Of a stretch of 64,000 bases of DNA, positions 50,699 to 59,808 are shown piece after piece. The stretch's first letter is position 1, and each line of letters starts with the position of its first letter. The stretch lies in the NCBI GenBank assembly GCA_963771465.1, contig CAVYTU010000019.1, forward strand, positions 128,001-192,000, given 5' to 3'. The translations under genes were made by a program, and so were the position numbers. Below the pieces are notes generated by a model that worked only from the letters and a program-made list of their open reading frames with translations, was not told where the DNA came from and made no database searches. This stretch comes from an uncultured delta proteobacterium. GTDB lineage: Bacteria > Desulfobacterota > Binatia > UBA9968.

Positions 50699-51673
50699 AT
50701 GATTCGCGTCAGAGTGATCGCAACTTGCTTGCTCAGTCTACTCTTATTGCCGAGCTTCACGCCCGCCCAGGACAAAGCCGCGCCGGAGAAAGTTCGCATC
50801 GCCATCGCCACCAGCTCGATGGCGTTTCTCGTGCCGTTCGTCGCCAAAGACCGCGGCTTCTATTTGAAACACGGCAGTGAAGTGGAGCTGATCGTCATGC
50901 GCCCGAACATCGCCATGGCGGCATTGCTCGGCGGCGATATCGACTACGCCGAGCTCATCGGCTCGATCATCCGCTCCGCGGCACGCAACTTGCCCGTGCG
51001 GGCGATTTCGACCAGCATCAAAGCGCCATTCTTCAGCATCGTTGGGCAAAACAAATTCAAAACCGTCAAAGACCTCAAAGGCATGGTGATCGGCCTCACC
51101 TCCATAGGCGGAACGAATCACGTCAGCACGCGCATGACGCTGCGCCAGTTCGGACTCGACATCGACAAAGACGTGAAGATCCTCGCCATCGGCGAAGAAA
51201 AGCTCATGGTTGATACTTTCAAAATGGGCCGCGTCGACGCCATCGTCGTCGCACCGCCGTTTTCCGTGCAGCTCAAGCGCGAAGGCTTCCCGATTTTGGC
51301 GCAAACTGCGGATCATGTGGTTATCCCTTTTTCTGGGCTCGGCACGACTCTCGACAGGATTAAAAATAATCGCGCGCAAATCAAAAGGGTGCTAAGAGCC
51401 GAAATCGAAGCGCTGCGCTTCATTCAGAACAACGCCGCCGGTACAACCGAGGTCATCCGCAAGCGTTTTAACATGGACGAAAAACTCGCCCGCGAATCCT
51501 ATGACGCCGTCGTCAACTCCTTCAGCCGTGACGGCCGCGTTCCCTTGGACGGCGTCGATATTCTGCTGCAAATCGAAAAAGATGCCAAAGTGATTCCGGC
51601 CACCGTCACGTCACAAATGATCGTCGAGCCGTCGCTGGCGGAAGAAGCGCTGAAAGAACTGGGCGGGAAGTAG
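50699..51673 (+). CDS. ABC-type NitT/TauT-family substrate-binding protein
   Basis: Signal peptide; VAKDRGFY, AALLGGDIDY, KTVKDLKG, GRVDAIV. Confidence 0.88.
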   Translation: MIRVRVIATCLLSLLLLPSFTPAQDKAAPEKVRIAIATSSMAFLVPFVAKDRGFYLKHGSEVELIVMRPNIAMAALLGGDIDYAELIGSIIRSAARNLPVRAISTSIKAPFFSIVGQNKFKTVKDLKGMVIGLTSIGGTNHVSTRMTLRQFGLDIDKDVKILAIGEEKLMVDTFKMGRVDAIVVAPPFSVQLKREGFPILAQTADHVVIPFSGLGTTLDRIKNNRAQIKRVLRAEIEALRFIQNNAAGTTEVIRKRFNMDEKLARESYDAVVNSFSRDGRVPLDGVDILLQIEKDAKVIPATVTSQMIVEPSLAEEALKELGGK

Positions 51674-51747
51674 CGCGTCCCCGAAACAAAGTTTATGAGC
51701 ACTACCACCCGACATTTTTTGCGCTCTTCGCCTTCTTTGCGGCAAAC

Positions 51748-53343
51748 TTAGAGCTTTCCCACCTTCACCCGCTGCTGCGCGCGCTTCTCGCCGGTTATAT
51801 AGTGGTCGCCGCGCAGCGCCGCTTGGGCGTCTTCTTCGTCATCGTCCGACCACAAGCCGAGATTGTAACCATGCCATGGCTCCTGCGGCTTGAGCTTGGG
51901 CAATTCTAATCGCTCCCACAACTGCTTGGCGCGCTCCATGTATTCTTTTTTTGGCAGCGACACCGGCGGGTAGTCCCACTTGCGCGTGGCGTCCATTAGC
52001 ATCGCCGACGCGCCGGCAATTTCATCGAGAGAGTGGCCGGCTTCCTTTCCCGGCGGAAACACCGACGGGTCCATTTGCGGTGTGCGGTTTCGGATAATCA
52101 AAACGTCGCGATGGGGCTGCATGCGAAACGCCATTGCCCAGAAAAGCGAATCCAGATTGCGCGGGTCGATATCTTCATCGACGGCGATGACCATCTTGCC
52201 GGTGGCGGGATTGTAGCCGACCATGCTGTGCAGCGCCTGCCAGACATGAGCTTGATTGATTTTCTTCATCTTGATGACGCAAATCTGGCGCACCGCGATG
52301 CTATGAAACGCCACCTCGATGATGCCGGGAATATTGCACTGATCGCGCAGGAAGCGCAGATAGTTTCCTTCGGCGGAAACCTGGCGCATCACGCTCGACT
52401 CGCTCGGCGGCATCTGGCTGATGATCGTGGCGAGAATCGGATTCTTGCGATGAGTTATGCACGTCACTTCGAAATAGGGATTGAGCAACTTCTCCGCGAT
52501 ATAACCGGTCGATTCGCCGAAAGGCGCTTCCGGTTCTAAAAACTCAGTGGAAATTTCGCCCTCGATGACAATTTCGGCGTGAGCCGGCACGAGCACGTCG
52601 TTGGTCTTGCATTTCACCACTTCGATCGGCGCGCCGGCGAGTCCACCGGCAACATCCAGTTCACTCACGCTGAAGGGTATTCGCGACGGCGCGGTGTAGG
52701 CCACACAAGGCGGCGCGCCGATAACCAATGCTGCATGGAGCGGCAAGCCGCGCTCTTTACATTTGCGCCAGTGATAGCCGCCGTGATTGCTCGAGCTTAA
52801 AAACACGCCGGTGCGCGTCGGGCTTTTGATATGGCCGCGGTAGTTGCCGACGTTGATGATGCCGGTTTCGGGATCTCTGGTGAACCAGTGCGACGCGGTG
52901 GTAAACGGCCCGCAGTCGTAGCCCGGCGTTGAAATAGGGATCGGAAATTCGCCCAGTCCGCCTTTTTCCAGCAGCGTCGCGCCCGTGTAAACGACTTCAT
53001 GCACCGGCGCATGCTCGACGATCTTTGGCGCAATCGGATTCGACTGCGCTTGGTTCCAGCGATCGACGATCTCCTCGGGTTTGCATTGCAGGCCAAAGCC
53101 ATAAATCTGCCGCGACGCCGCCAAAGTGCCGACGACCACCGGAATATCGTACTTGCGTCCCTTCACATCGATGACGTTGGTAAACATAAACGCGCGCCGC
53201 TCTTCTTCCGACAAACCGCGAAACTGCCAACGCACGAGCGGCATCAGCTCGGTGTCTTTGTTGATCTGCTCGTCGATCTTGACCAGCAACCCCGCCTGAT
53301 CCAGCGCAGCAATGTGTTCTCGCAAATCTTTGAAATAGCCCAT
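51748..53343 (-). CDS. UbiD-family decarboxylase
   Basis: DLREHI, NVGNYR, AEIVIEG, EAPFGESTGY, QMPPSESS, VDEDIDP, MDATRK. Confidence 0.92.
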   Translation of the reverse strand: MGYFKDLREHIAALDQAGLLVKIDEQINKDTELMPLVRWQFRGLSEEERRAFMFTNVIDVKGRKYDIPVVVGTLAASRQIYGFGLQCKPEEIVDRWNQAQSNPIAPKIVEHAPVHEVVYTGATLLEKGGLGEFPIPISTPGYDCGPFTTASHWFTRDPETGIINVGNYRGHIKSPTRTGVFLSSSNHGGYHWRKCKERGLPLHAALVIGAPPCVAYTAPSRIPFSVSELDVAGGLAGAPIEVVKCKTNDVLVPAHAEIVIEGEISTEFLEPEAPFGESTGYIAEKLLNPYFEVTCITHRKNPILATIISQMPPSESSVMRQVSAEGNYLRFLRDQCNIPGIIEVAFHSIAVRQICVIKMKKINQAHVWQALHSMVGYNPATGKMVIAVDEDIDPRNLDSLFWAMAFRMQPHRDVLIIRNRTPQMDPSVFPPGKEAGHSLDEIAGASAMLMDATRKWDYPPVSLPKKEYMERAKQLWERLELPKLKPQEPWHGYNLGLWSDDDEEDAQAALRGDHYITGEKRAQQRVKVGKL

Positions 53344-53483
53344 GATGAAATCTCCTTACACGAATTCCTGTCAGCGGTGATATGTGATTTCAGGCGGGAA
53401 TGCCAGTGGAGCCGAGGACGTGAAGACTGCCGAGCAAGCGATCAGAAATTCGGCACACTTGGAACGGCTGTAACGCTATTATT

Positions 53484-55061
53484 TCAGAATCCCAACGCGC
53501 AGCCGCCTTTGCGCGGGTCGGAGCCGCCGACGAAGGCGCCGGATTCGGGATGAATCATGATCATGTGCGCGCCGCCGAAGCTTTCCGGGTTGCCGCCGAC
53601 AACTTGATGGCCGCGACGCGCCAACTCCTCTTTGACCGCGTGTGGAATATCCGCTTCGAGGCCAACTTTTGTCGCTTCGATATGATTGAAGCGCGGCGCG
53701 GCGATCGCCTGCTGCGGCGTCATGCCGAAATCGATCAAATTCGTAATCATCTGCACCTGCACTTGCGGCTGCACATGGCCGCCTTTTAAACCGAGGGCCG
53801 CGTAAGGCTTGCCGTCTTTGAAAATCATTCCGGGCATCAGCGTGTGCGCGCAGCGTTTATGCGGCCCGATACAGTTGGGATGATGTTCGTCGAGCGAAAA
53901 CAGATGGCCGCGGTTCTGCAAGATGATGCCGGTTTCCGGCTCGACGACGCCCGAGCCAAAACCCATAAAGTTGCTCTGAATAAAAGAAACCAGATTGCCT
54001 TCACGATCCGCCGCGGCAACATATTCAGTGTCAGTTCCAGCCGGGAACGTTCGGCATACTCGCCGGCGGCTTCGTTCATACGAATCTGTCCACGCAACTG
54101 CTCGGACCGCTTGTCCGCGAACAGTTCTCGCACATCGACTTGCATGAAGTCCCGGTCGGCAAGGTGCGCGGTCGCGATCGCCGAATGCCAGCTTCTTTGC
54201 CTCGATCATGGCGTGGAGCGCGTCGGCGCTTTGCGCTCCCATCGCTTTGAGATCGAAGCCTTCGAGTATCTTCAGCATCTCCAGGGCGACAAAGCCTTGC
54301 GAAGTCGGTGGCATCTCAAAGATATCGTAGCCACGATAGTTGGCCGTGATCGGCTCGACCCAATCGGAGCGATGATCAGCGAAATCTTTGAGCGTGAACA
54401 ATCCGCCTAATCGTTCCGAGCAGCGTACCAGCTTCTCGGCGACATCGCCTTTGTAATAATAATCCGCGCCTTCCGCGGCGATCCGTTTCAGCGTCGCTGC
54501 CATGCGCGGGTTGCGGAAAATCTCGCCGGCTTTCGGCGCGCGCCCGCTGATTAAATAATTAATCGCTCCGCCTTCGTCGGATTTTAGCCTCGCTGCAGAT
54601 TCTTTCCACTGCTCAGCCGTCAATTCGGCAACGGGAAACCCTTCATCCGCATGGCGAATCGCCGCTTGCAGAACTTCCGAGAGCTGCTTCGTGCCGTGAG
54701 AATTGAGCAGCGTCGCCCAACCATGCACCGCGCCGGGAACGGTAACGGAATGAATGCCGCGCTGCGGCATTTCTTTGAAGCCGTTCTTGCGGCAGAAATC
54801 CAAACTCGCCGCGTACGGCGAACGCCCGCTGGCGTCCAACGCTTTGATCGCTTTGTCTTTGGCGGAATAGAAAAGACAAAAGGCGTCGCTGCCGATGCCG
54901 ATCGACGACGGCTCGACGACCCCCAACACCGCCGCCGTCGCGACCGCCGCGTCGATGGCATTGCCGCCGTTCATGAGAATCTCAACACCGGCCAGAGTCG
55001 CCAGCGGCTGACTCGAAGCGACCATGCCGTTTTTGGCTAGGACGCTGAATTTTTCTGCCAT
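53484..55061 (-). CDS. ggt: Gamma-glutamyltransferase family protein (compensating frameshifts at about 54165 and 54045)
   Basis: GMVASSQPLA, GGNAIDAAVA, VTVPGAV, PPTSQG, catalytic DT, SNFMGFGSG, LQNRG, HTLMPG, GGSDPRK; the correct central frame appears in ORF 53837..54145. Confidence 0.9.
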   Translation of the reverse strand: MAEKFSVLAKNGMVASSQPLATLAGVEILMNGGNAIDAAVATAAVLGVVEPSSIGIGSDAFCLFYSAKDKAIKALDASGRSPYAASLDFCRKNGFKEMPQRGIHSVTVPGAVHGWATLLNSHGTKQLSEVLQAAIRHADEGFPVAELTAEQWKESAARLKSDEGGAINYLISGRAPKAGEIFRNPRMAATLKRIAAEGADYYYKGDVAEKLVRCSERLGGLFTLKDFADHRSDWVEPITANYRGYDIFEMPPTSQGFVALEMLKILEGFDLKAMGAQSADALHAMIEAKKLAFGDRDRAPCRPGLHASRCARTVRGQAVRAVAWTDSYERSRRRVCRTFPAGTDTEYVAAADREGNLVSFIQSNFMGFGSGVVEPETGIILQNRGHLFSLDEHHPNCIGPHKRCAHTLMPGMIFKDGKPYAALGLKGGHVQPQVQVQMITNLIDFGMTPQQAIAAPRFNHIEATKVGLEADIPHAVKEELARRGHQVVGGNPESFGGAHMIMIHPESGAFVGGSDPRKGGCALGF

Positions 55062-55077
55062 CGTTCCTCAAAATAAC

Positions 55078-55115
55078 GATGGGTTACACCGCTCGCCGCA
55101 GTTAACCCACCCTAC
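55078..55115 (-). repeat. GTAG-type REP-like palindrome
   Basis: Minus strand GTAG-GGTGGGTTA-N16-TAACCCATC in an intergenic space. Confidence 0.6.
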
Positions 55116-55167
55116 CAACCAGAACTTGAAATTCGAAACTCTAGAGTTGAAACCGCGTCCGCGCGCG

Positions 55168-55866
55168 CTACGCTGCCGCCGACTCCTCGATCCGTGCCAT
55201 GCCGGTCGCAAGCGCGCTCCGATAGGCGCGATCGATGGCGAGACTGTCCAACGCGGCGCGGATTACCGCCTGCGCCGTTCGCTCGTCGGCAATATGACGG
55301 TCGTAGATCGGCTCGAACATGTCGGAGTGATCTTCATCGGCGACCATGTGAACTTTGGTGTTAATGTCGAGTCCTTCGATGGTGCCGCCTTGATCGGCGA
55401 CGCGCTTGTGCGCGAAGCGCGCGGTGAAGCCGCCGCCTTTGACGATCGCCGGATTGTTCTTCCGCTCGGTAATGTGATTGACGGTCAACGCTTCGATCCA
55501 CGGCCGGGTGGTCGACAGATACATCCACGCCATGAGCGCCGCGCGCACGCCGGGAAGTAGATTCGCCTCGGCAGTCGCGTCGGCCATTTGCTCGTCGGTC
55601 AAGTGCGCCGAGCCCATGCGCTTGTCGAAGATCAACTCGTCTTTTTCATGCTCCCAGATCGCCCGCTTGACGTCGAGCGGCGCCTTCACCGCCGCCGCGC
55701 CCCAGCAGTCGCGCCGGCTTTTAATGTAATGCGGATAGTGAATGTCCCAAATTTTTTGCCGCTCCGGCGTCAGCTTCACCGAGAACAATTGATGATATTC
55801 CGGTGTCTCAAAATGTTTGTTGACGATGACATTCAACTCTTCACGCACCTTCGGCCACAGGCTCAT
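55168..55866 (-). CDS. Heme-oxygenase-like diiron enzyme, subfamily B (divergent copy)
   Basis: AGGAGG RBS; RRDCW, WEHEKDE...AH, ITER, HMVADEDH. Confidence 0.72.
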   Translation of the reverse strand: MSLWPKVREELNVIVNKHFETPEYHQLFSVKLTPERQKIWDIHYPHYIKSRRDCWGAAAVKAPLDVKRAIWEHEKDELIFDKRMGSAHLTDEQMADATAEANLLPGVRAALMAWMYLSTTRPWIEALTVNHITERKNNPAIVKGGGFTARFAHKRVADQGGTIEGLDINTKVHMVADEDHSDMFEPIYDRHIADERTAQAVIRAALDSLAIDRAYRSALATGMARIEESAAA

Positions 55867-55928
55867 AAACACCTCCTGACTTGCACTCTCTTCAATTTCG
55901 TTATTCAGGTTTCAAACGCAACTAAGAA

Positions 55929-55994
55929 AGATCTCTCCCTACGTTCGCGATGACAAGAATCCTGAGTTGTCATTCCGAGCGGAGCGAGGAATCT
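55929..55994. repeat. Inverted doublet of TGTCAT-type REP-like elements
   Basis: TGTCATTCCGAGCGGAGCGAGGAATCT (55968-55994) and an inverted copy TGTCATCGCGAACGTAGGGAGAGATCT (55929-55955); related copy at 37411-37435. Confidence 0.65.
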
Positions 55995-56029
55995 TCTTCC
56001 CAATAACCAACACTTCATCATTCCATTCT

Positions 56030-56740
56030 CTACAACGGAATCTTTTCCTGCGCCAGCGCGATCCCTTTGCGATACATGGCGTTGAACGCCAGCGAATCCT
56101 TCGCGGTTTGGATCGCCGGCGCTTCCTTGTCGCCGGTGGCATGTTCAGCGAGAAACGGCAGAAACATATCGCTATGTTTCTCGTCGGCTTGGCTGTGCGC
56201 TTGCATGTTGGGAATCTGTTTCCAGGTAAATCCCATATCCTCCATCCATTTTTTCGCCATGCGCGTCGACTGGCCGCCGCCGAGATCGCCGAGCAAGCGG
56301 TCGTCGTTGCACCACTCGGTGATGGTCATGCCGGTGAGCGATTCGGTCCAGGTCATCTCGCTGGTCATCCACGACCAGGCATAGAGCGCCGCGCGGGTTT
56401 GCGGCGTCGGCTCGGCATTGAGAATCTCTTCCGGCTCAAGACCCACCGATTGACCCTGGCGAATAATCAGGTGCAGGTGGCCATATTCGGAAAAGTCATC
56501 GCGAATGATCTCTTCGTACTCATGCTCCAAGATGCGCTGTTTGACGCCCATCACCGGGCAGTTGGCCGAAACATGGGACCAACACTCGCGGCGGTGGCGC
56601 ACGAACAAACTCTGCTGCTTTACCATGACCGCTGCCCTGGGCTTATTCATCTTGATGGAAAAGTAAAAATCCATCTCCGGTGAGCGCATATAATCGCGCA
56701 CCAGCTCGCCCAAACATTCGCGCCACTGTTTTTCGGTCAC
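56030..56740 (-). CDS. Heme-oxygenase-like diiron enzyme, subfamily B
   Basis: RRECW, LEHEYEE...GH, TEWCNDDRL, HSQADEKH. Confidence 0.75.
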   Translation of the reverse strand: MTEKQWRECLGELVRDYMRSPEMDFYFSIKMNKPRAAVMVKQQSLFVRHRRECWSHVSANCPVMGVKQRILEHEYEEIIRDDFSEYGHLHLIIRQGQSVGLEPEEILNAEPTPQTRAALYAWSWMTSEMTWTESLTGMTITEWCNDDRLLGDLGGGQSTRMAKKWMEDMGFTWKQIPNMQAHSQADEKHSDMFLPFLAEHATGDKEAPAIQTAKDSLAFNAMYRKGIALAQEKIPL

Positions 56741-57705
56741 GGCTTCGCTCCTTTGTAAAGTTTGTCGATAAACCCTTCCTGGACCAGCCGGTCGACCATC
56801 GAGTTGTCGAAAAGCTTAGCTTTTGCCGCGCCTTTGGCGCCGACCATATCCAGCACCGTGTCCACCGCCGCCGGATCGACGCGCGGAATAGAATCCAAAT
56901 ATCTGCCGACGAACTCGTAGTGCGCTTCCGAGCTGCCGCCGCGCGCTCCCATATATTTTTCCAACAGCTTGAGCGCCTGCGCCTTTCTGGTTTTCAACGC
57001 GGCGATGCCTTCGATGTAGGCGTGGACGATAGCGTCCACCGACTTCGGCGACTTGAGCAAATAGTCGTTGCTCACGGCCAAAAGATTCATCGAGAATGGA
57101 ATGCCGAGTTCGGCGGCGTCAACCAACATCTTCGCCTGGGGCCCCGGCGCTTGTGATGACACCCGCCCTTCTGCCTGGCGCGCGCGAAAACCGAGATCGG
57201 CTTCCACCACGCCGCCAAATTGGCGCAGCTCGGTTTTGCCTTCGAGATTGAGCTTGCGCAAAATCAGCCGCGTGACGAAGTCGCTGGTCGAACCGAACCG
57301 GGTGATCGCAAGTGTCTTTCCTTGCAACTGTTCGGCGCGCTGAATCTCCGGCTGCACCCAAAGCTGCATGCCGGGCCGGCTAGTGTTACTGCCGACGGCG
57401 ACCATCGGCGCGCCCTTCAGCGTCGCCGCCACCACCGCGTTGCTCGCGCCCAACGCCGCCTGCACGCTGCCGCCGACAAGAGCTTGAATTGCCGTCGCCC
57501 CCGAGCTGATATAAACCAGCTCGGCATTCAAGCCATATTTTTCGAACGCGCCGATCTCTTTCGCCATCCACACGCCCGCCATGCTCGGACTGATCGCCGC
57601 GTAAGCGAAGGCAATTTTTTCGCGCGGCAATTCGGCGGCTAGACTGAGCTGAGCTAGAATGAAAAAGCTCGTGATCGTTATCGTGAGAAATCGAAGTTCG
57701 CGCAT
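56737..57705 (-). CDS. NitT/TauT-family substrate-binding protein
   Basis: Signal peptide; WMAKEIGAFEKYGL, LQGKTLAITRFGS, EGFIDKLY. Confidence 0.88.
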   Translation of the reverse strand: MRELRFLTITITSFFILAQLSLAAELPREKIAFAYAAISPSMAGVWMAKEIGAFEKYGLNAELVYISSGATAIQALVGGSVQAALGASNAVVAATLKGAPMVAVGSNTSRPGMQLWVQPEIQRAEQLQGKTLAITRFGSTSDFVTRLILRKLNLEGKTELRQFGGVVEADLGFRARQAEGRVSSQAPGPQAKMLVDAAELGIPFSMNLLAVSNDYLLKSPKSVDAIVHAYIEGIAALKTRKAQALKLLEKYMGARGGSSEAHYEFVGRYLDSIPRVDPAAVDTVLDMVGAKGAAKAKLFDNSMVDRLVQEGFIDKLYKGAKP

Positions 57706-57733
57706 CGCCGCCACCTCGGCAGTCGCTGGAAAT

Positions 57734-58441
57734 TTAGACAAGCCGTGCCATCGCGTCGGCGAGCCCCGCTTGATAAACCCGGTAAAGCTCTTCCGACTCC
57801 TGCGCCGCTTGTAAAATCATTTTTTCATTTTCACCTTTGCCGTACTCCTCCCAGACCGGCAGGAACATATCGACATGACCCTTGTCTGCTTCGCGGTGCG
57901 CGCGCCAATTCGGCAGATCGTCCCAGGTGATACCCAACTGCTCGACCCAGCGCTGGCCCATGCGATATGAATGGCCGCCACCCAAATCGCCGAGCAGCCG
58001 ATCGTCCTGATTCCATTCCGTCATCGACATCGCTGCCAACCCTTCGAGCCAATGTTTTTTCTTGCACATCCAACCCCAGGCATAAAGCGTCGCCGAGGTG
58101 GTCGCGATCGGTTTGGCGTTCAGAATATCATCGGCACTGAGCCCGATGCATTGCCCCTGGCGAATGATCAGATCGAGATGGCCATGATCGGAATGTTGAT
58201 CGCGAATCATCTCTTCGTACTCGTGGCCGAGAATTTTTTGTTTGACCGCGAGCACCGGTGAATTCCCCGAAACATACGCCCAACAGTCGCGCCGGTGGCG
58301 CACGTAAAGCGATAGCTGTTGCAGAATAAGCTGCGCGCGCGCCTTTGTGATCGGAATGGAAAAATAACGCTCCAGCTCAGGCGACGACATCGTCTGCCGC
58401 GCCAGCGCGCCGAAAGCGGCGGACCAACCGTTAATATCCAT
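57734..58441 (-). CDS. Heme-oxygenase-like diiron enzyme, subfamily B
   Basis: RRDCW, LGHEYEE...GH, TEWNQDDRL, HREADKGH. Confidence 0.75.
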   Translation of the reverse strand: MDINGWSAAFGALARQTMSSPELERYFSIPITKARAQLILQQLSLYVRHRRDCWAYVSGNSPVLAVKQKILGHEYEEMIRDQHSDHGHLDLIIRQGQCIGLSADDILNAKPIATTSATLYAWGWMCKKKHWLEGLAAMSMTEWNQDDRLLGDLGGGHSYRMGQRWVEQLGITWDDLPNWRAHREADKGHVDMFLPVWEEYGKGENEKMILQAAQESEELYRVYQAGLADAMARLV

Positions 58442-58478
58442 CCTTCGATCTCCTCATTAAACTTTCCAATATCAAAAA

Positions 58479-58567
58479 AAATCCCCCTCAATCCCCCTTT
58501 TTCAAAGGGGGAAGAGACGGCTCGAACTCATACCCCCTCTTTAAAAAAGAGGGGTCGGGGAAGATTT
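58479..58567. repeat. Inverted doublet of GC-clamped palindromic (REP-like) elements
   Basis: TCCCCCTTT-ttc-AAAGGGGGA and CCCCTCTTT-aaa-AAAGAGGGG, bounded by AAATC...GATTT. Confidence 0.65.
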
Positions 58568-58586
58568 CATTCATAAGCGCTGTCCG

Positions 58587-59303
58587 CTAACACAATCTTT
58601 CCATCTCCTTGGCGATCCCGTAGCGGAAAATTTTTAGCAGCTCCATGGACTCCTTCGCGGCTTGAATGACCAACGCCTCTTTTTCGCCAATGGCGAACTT
58701 TTCAAGATCATCCAGAAACATGTCGCTGTGTTCCTCATCCGCTTGGGCGTGCACTTTGAAATTCGGCATCTGCTCCCAGCCAAAACCAAGATCGTCCATC
58801 CAGCGCTTTGCCATCCGGCTCGACAATCCGCCGCCGATATCGCCCAGTAACCGGTCATCGTTCGCCCACTCGGTCACGGACAACGACACCAAACCTTCCA
58901 GCCAACTTTTCTCCCGCGTCATCCAAGCCCAAGCGTAGAGCGTCGCCATCGTCGAAGCCAACGGCGCGACGTTCAGCACTTGCTCCGGCGTCAATCCAAG
59001 AGCTTTGCCTTGCCGGACGATCAATTCCATGTGTCCGTGTTCGGTATAGTTGTCTTTAATCACTTCGCCATACTCATGCTGCAAGATTTTCTGCTTCACC
59101 GACATATGCGGACAATTGCCCGACACATGAGACCAGCAATCGCGCCGGTGGTGAATGAACAAGCCCAACTGCGTGATCAACACTTGCGCGCCCGGCTTGG
59201 TGATTTTGACTTTGAAGTAATGGTCAATCTCCGGCGAGCGCATCGCATCGCGCACCACCGCGCCGAGCTCTCGCCGCCACTCGTTACGATTCATCTGCGC
59301 CAT
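58587..59303 (-). CDS. Heme-oxygenase-like diiron enzyme, subfamily B
   Basis: RRDCW, LQHEYGE...GH, TEWANDDRL, HAQADEEH; likely start ATG 59303 or 59294. Confidence 0.75.
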   Translation of the reverse strand: MAQMNRNEWRRELGAVVRDAMRSPEIDHYFKVKITKPGAQVLITQLGLFIHHRRDCWSHVSGNCPHMSVKQKILQHEYGEVIKDNYTEHGHMELIVRQGKALGLTPEQVLNVAPLASTMATLYAWAWMTREKSWLEGLVSLSVTEWANDDRLLGDIGGGLSSRMAKRWMDDLGFGWEQMPNFKVHAQADEEHSDMFLDDLEKFAIGEKEALVIQAAKESMELLKIFRYGIAKEMERLC

Positions 59304-59378
59304 CCTCAAAATATTTGCTCTGGCGTAGACCGCGCCAGTGCAACAACTCGAAACCCGAGACACGAAACCCGAAACGCT

Positions 59379-59724
59379 TCAGACCGGCCAGCCATGCTCG
59401 GAGACATCGACACGGTTGCCTTCGACGTCTTTGATCCAGCTCTCCGCCACTGCGCCGAAAGTATTTTCTTCGGCTTTGGTATTGGCGATCTTTTCGATCT
59501 CGCCGACGTTGTCGACTTTGAAACCGAAGTGATGAATGCCCCAGGGATACTTGTCCGTGCTGATTAACGCCACGTCCATGTGGCCGTCGGAAAGATAAAT
59601 CGTTCCGCTCGGCCCGCGGTATTTTTCTTCCATCTGAAAAATTTGCTTGTAGTACTCCGCGCATTTCTCGCGGTCCGCAACGTTGATCGCGATATGTCTG
59701 AATTCTCGGTTTTTCCATATGCAT
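59379..59724 (-). CDS. VOC/glyoxalase-family protein, +1 frameshift near 59700
   Basis: Removing one base joins MEKPRI to RHIAINVADREKCAEYY...YLSDG...GIHHFGFKV...KDVEGNRVDVS. Confidence 0.82.
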
Positions 59725-59808
59725 CCTCCCTTTAATTCAAAAATTCCACCTGAGTGCCAAGCCGACTAGTGTCCATGAAAGTTCGCCCCACCCTTCATCC
59801 TTGACGCA

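Noticed and set aside
36578-59303. Calling the HDO-like genes pqqC or tenA
   Set aside because: No pqqA/B/D/E or thiamine genes are nearby, and the conserved residues fit a diiron ligand set, so no symbol was assigned
59735-59760. Sigma54 promoter upstream of the VOC gene (TTGGCAC on the minus strand)
   Set aside because: The -12 position reads GA rather than the near-invariant GC
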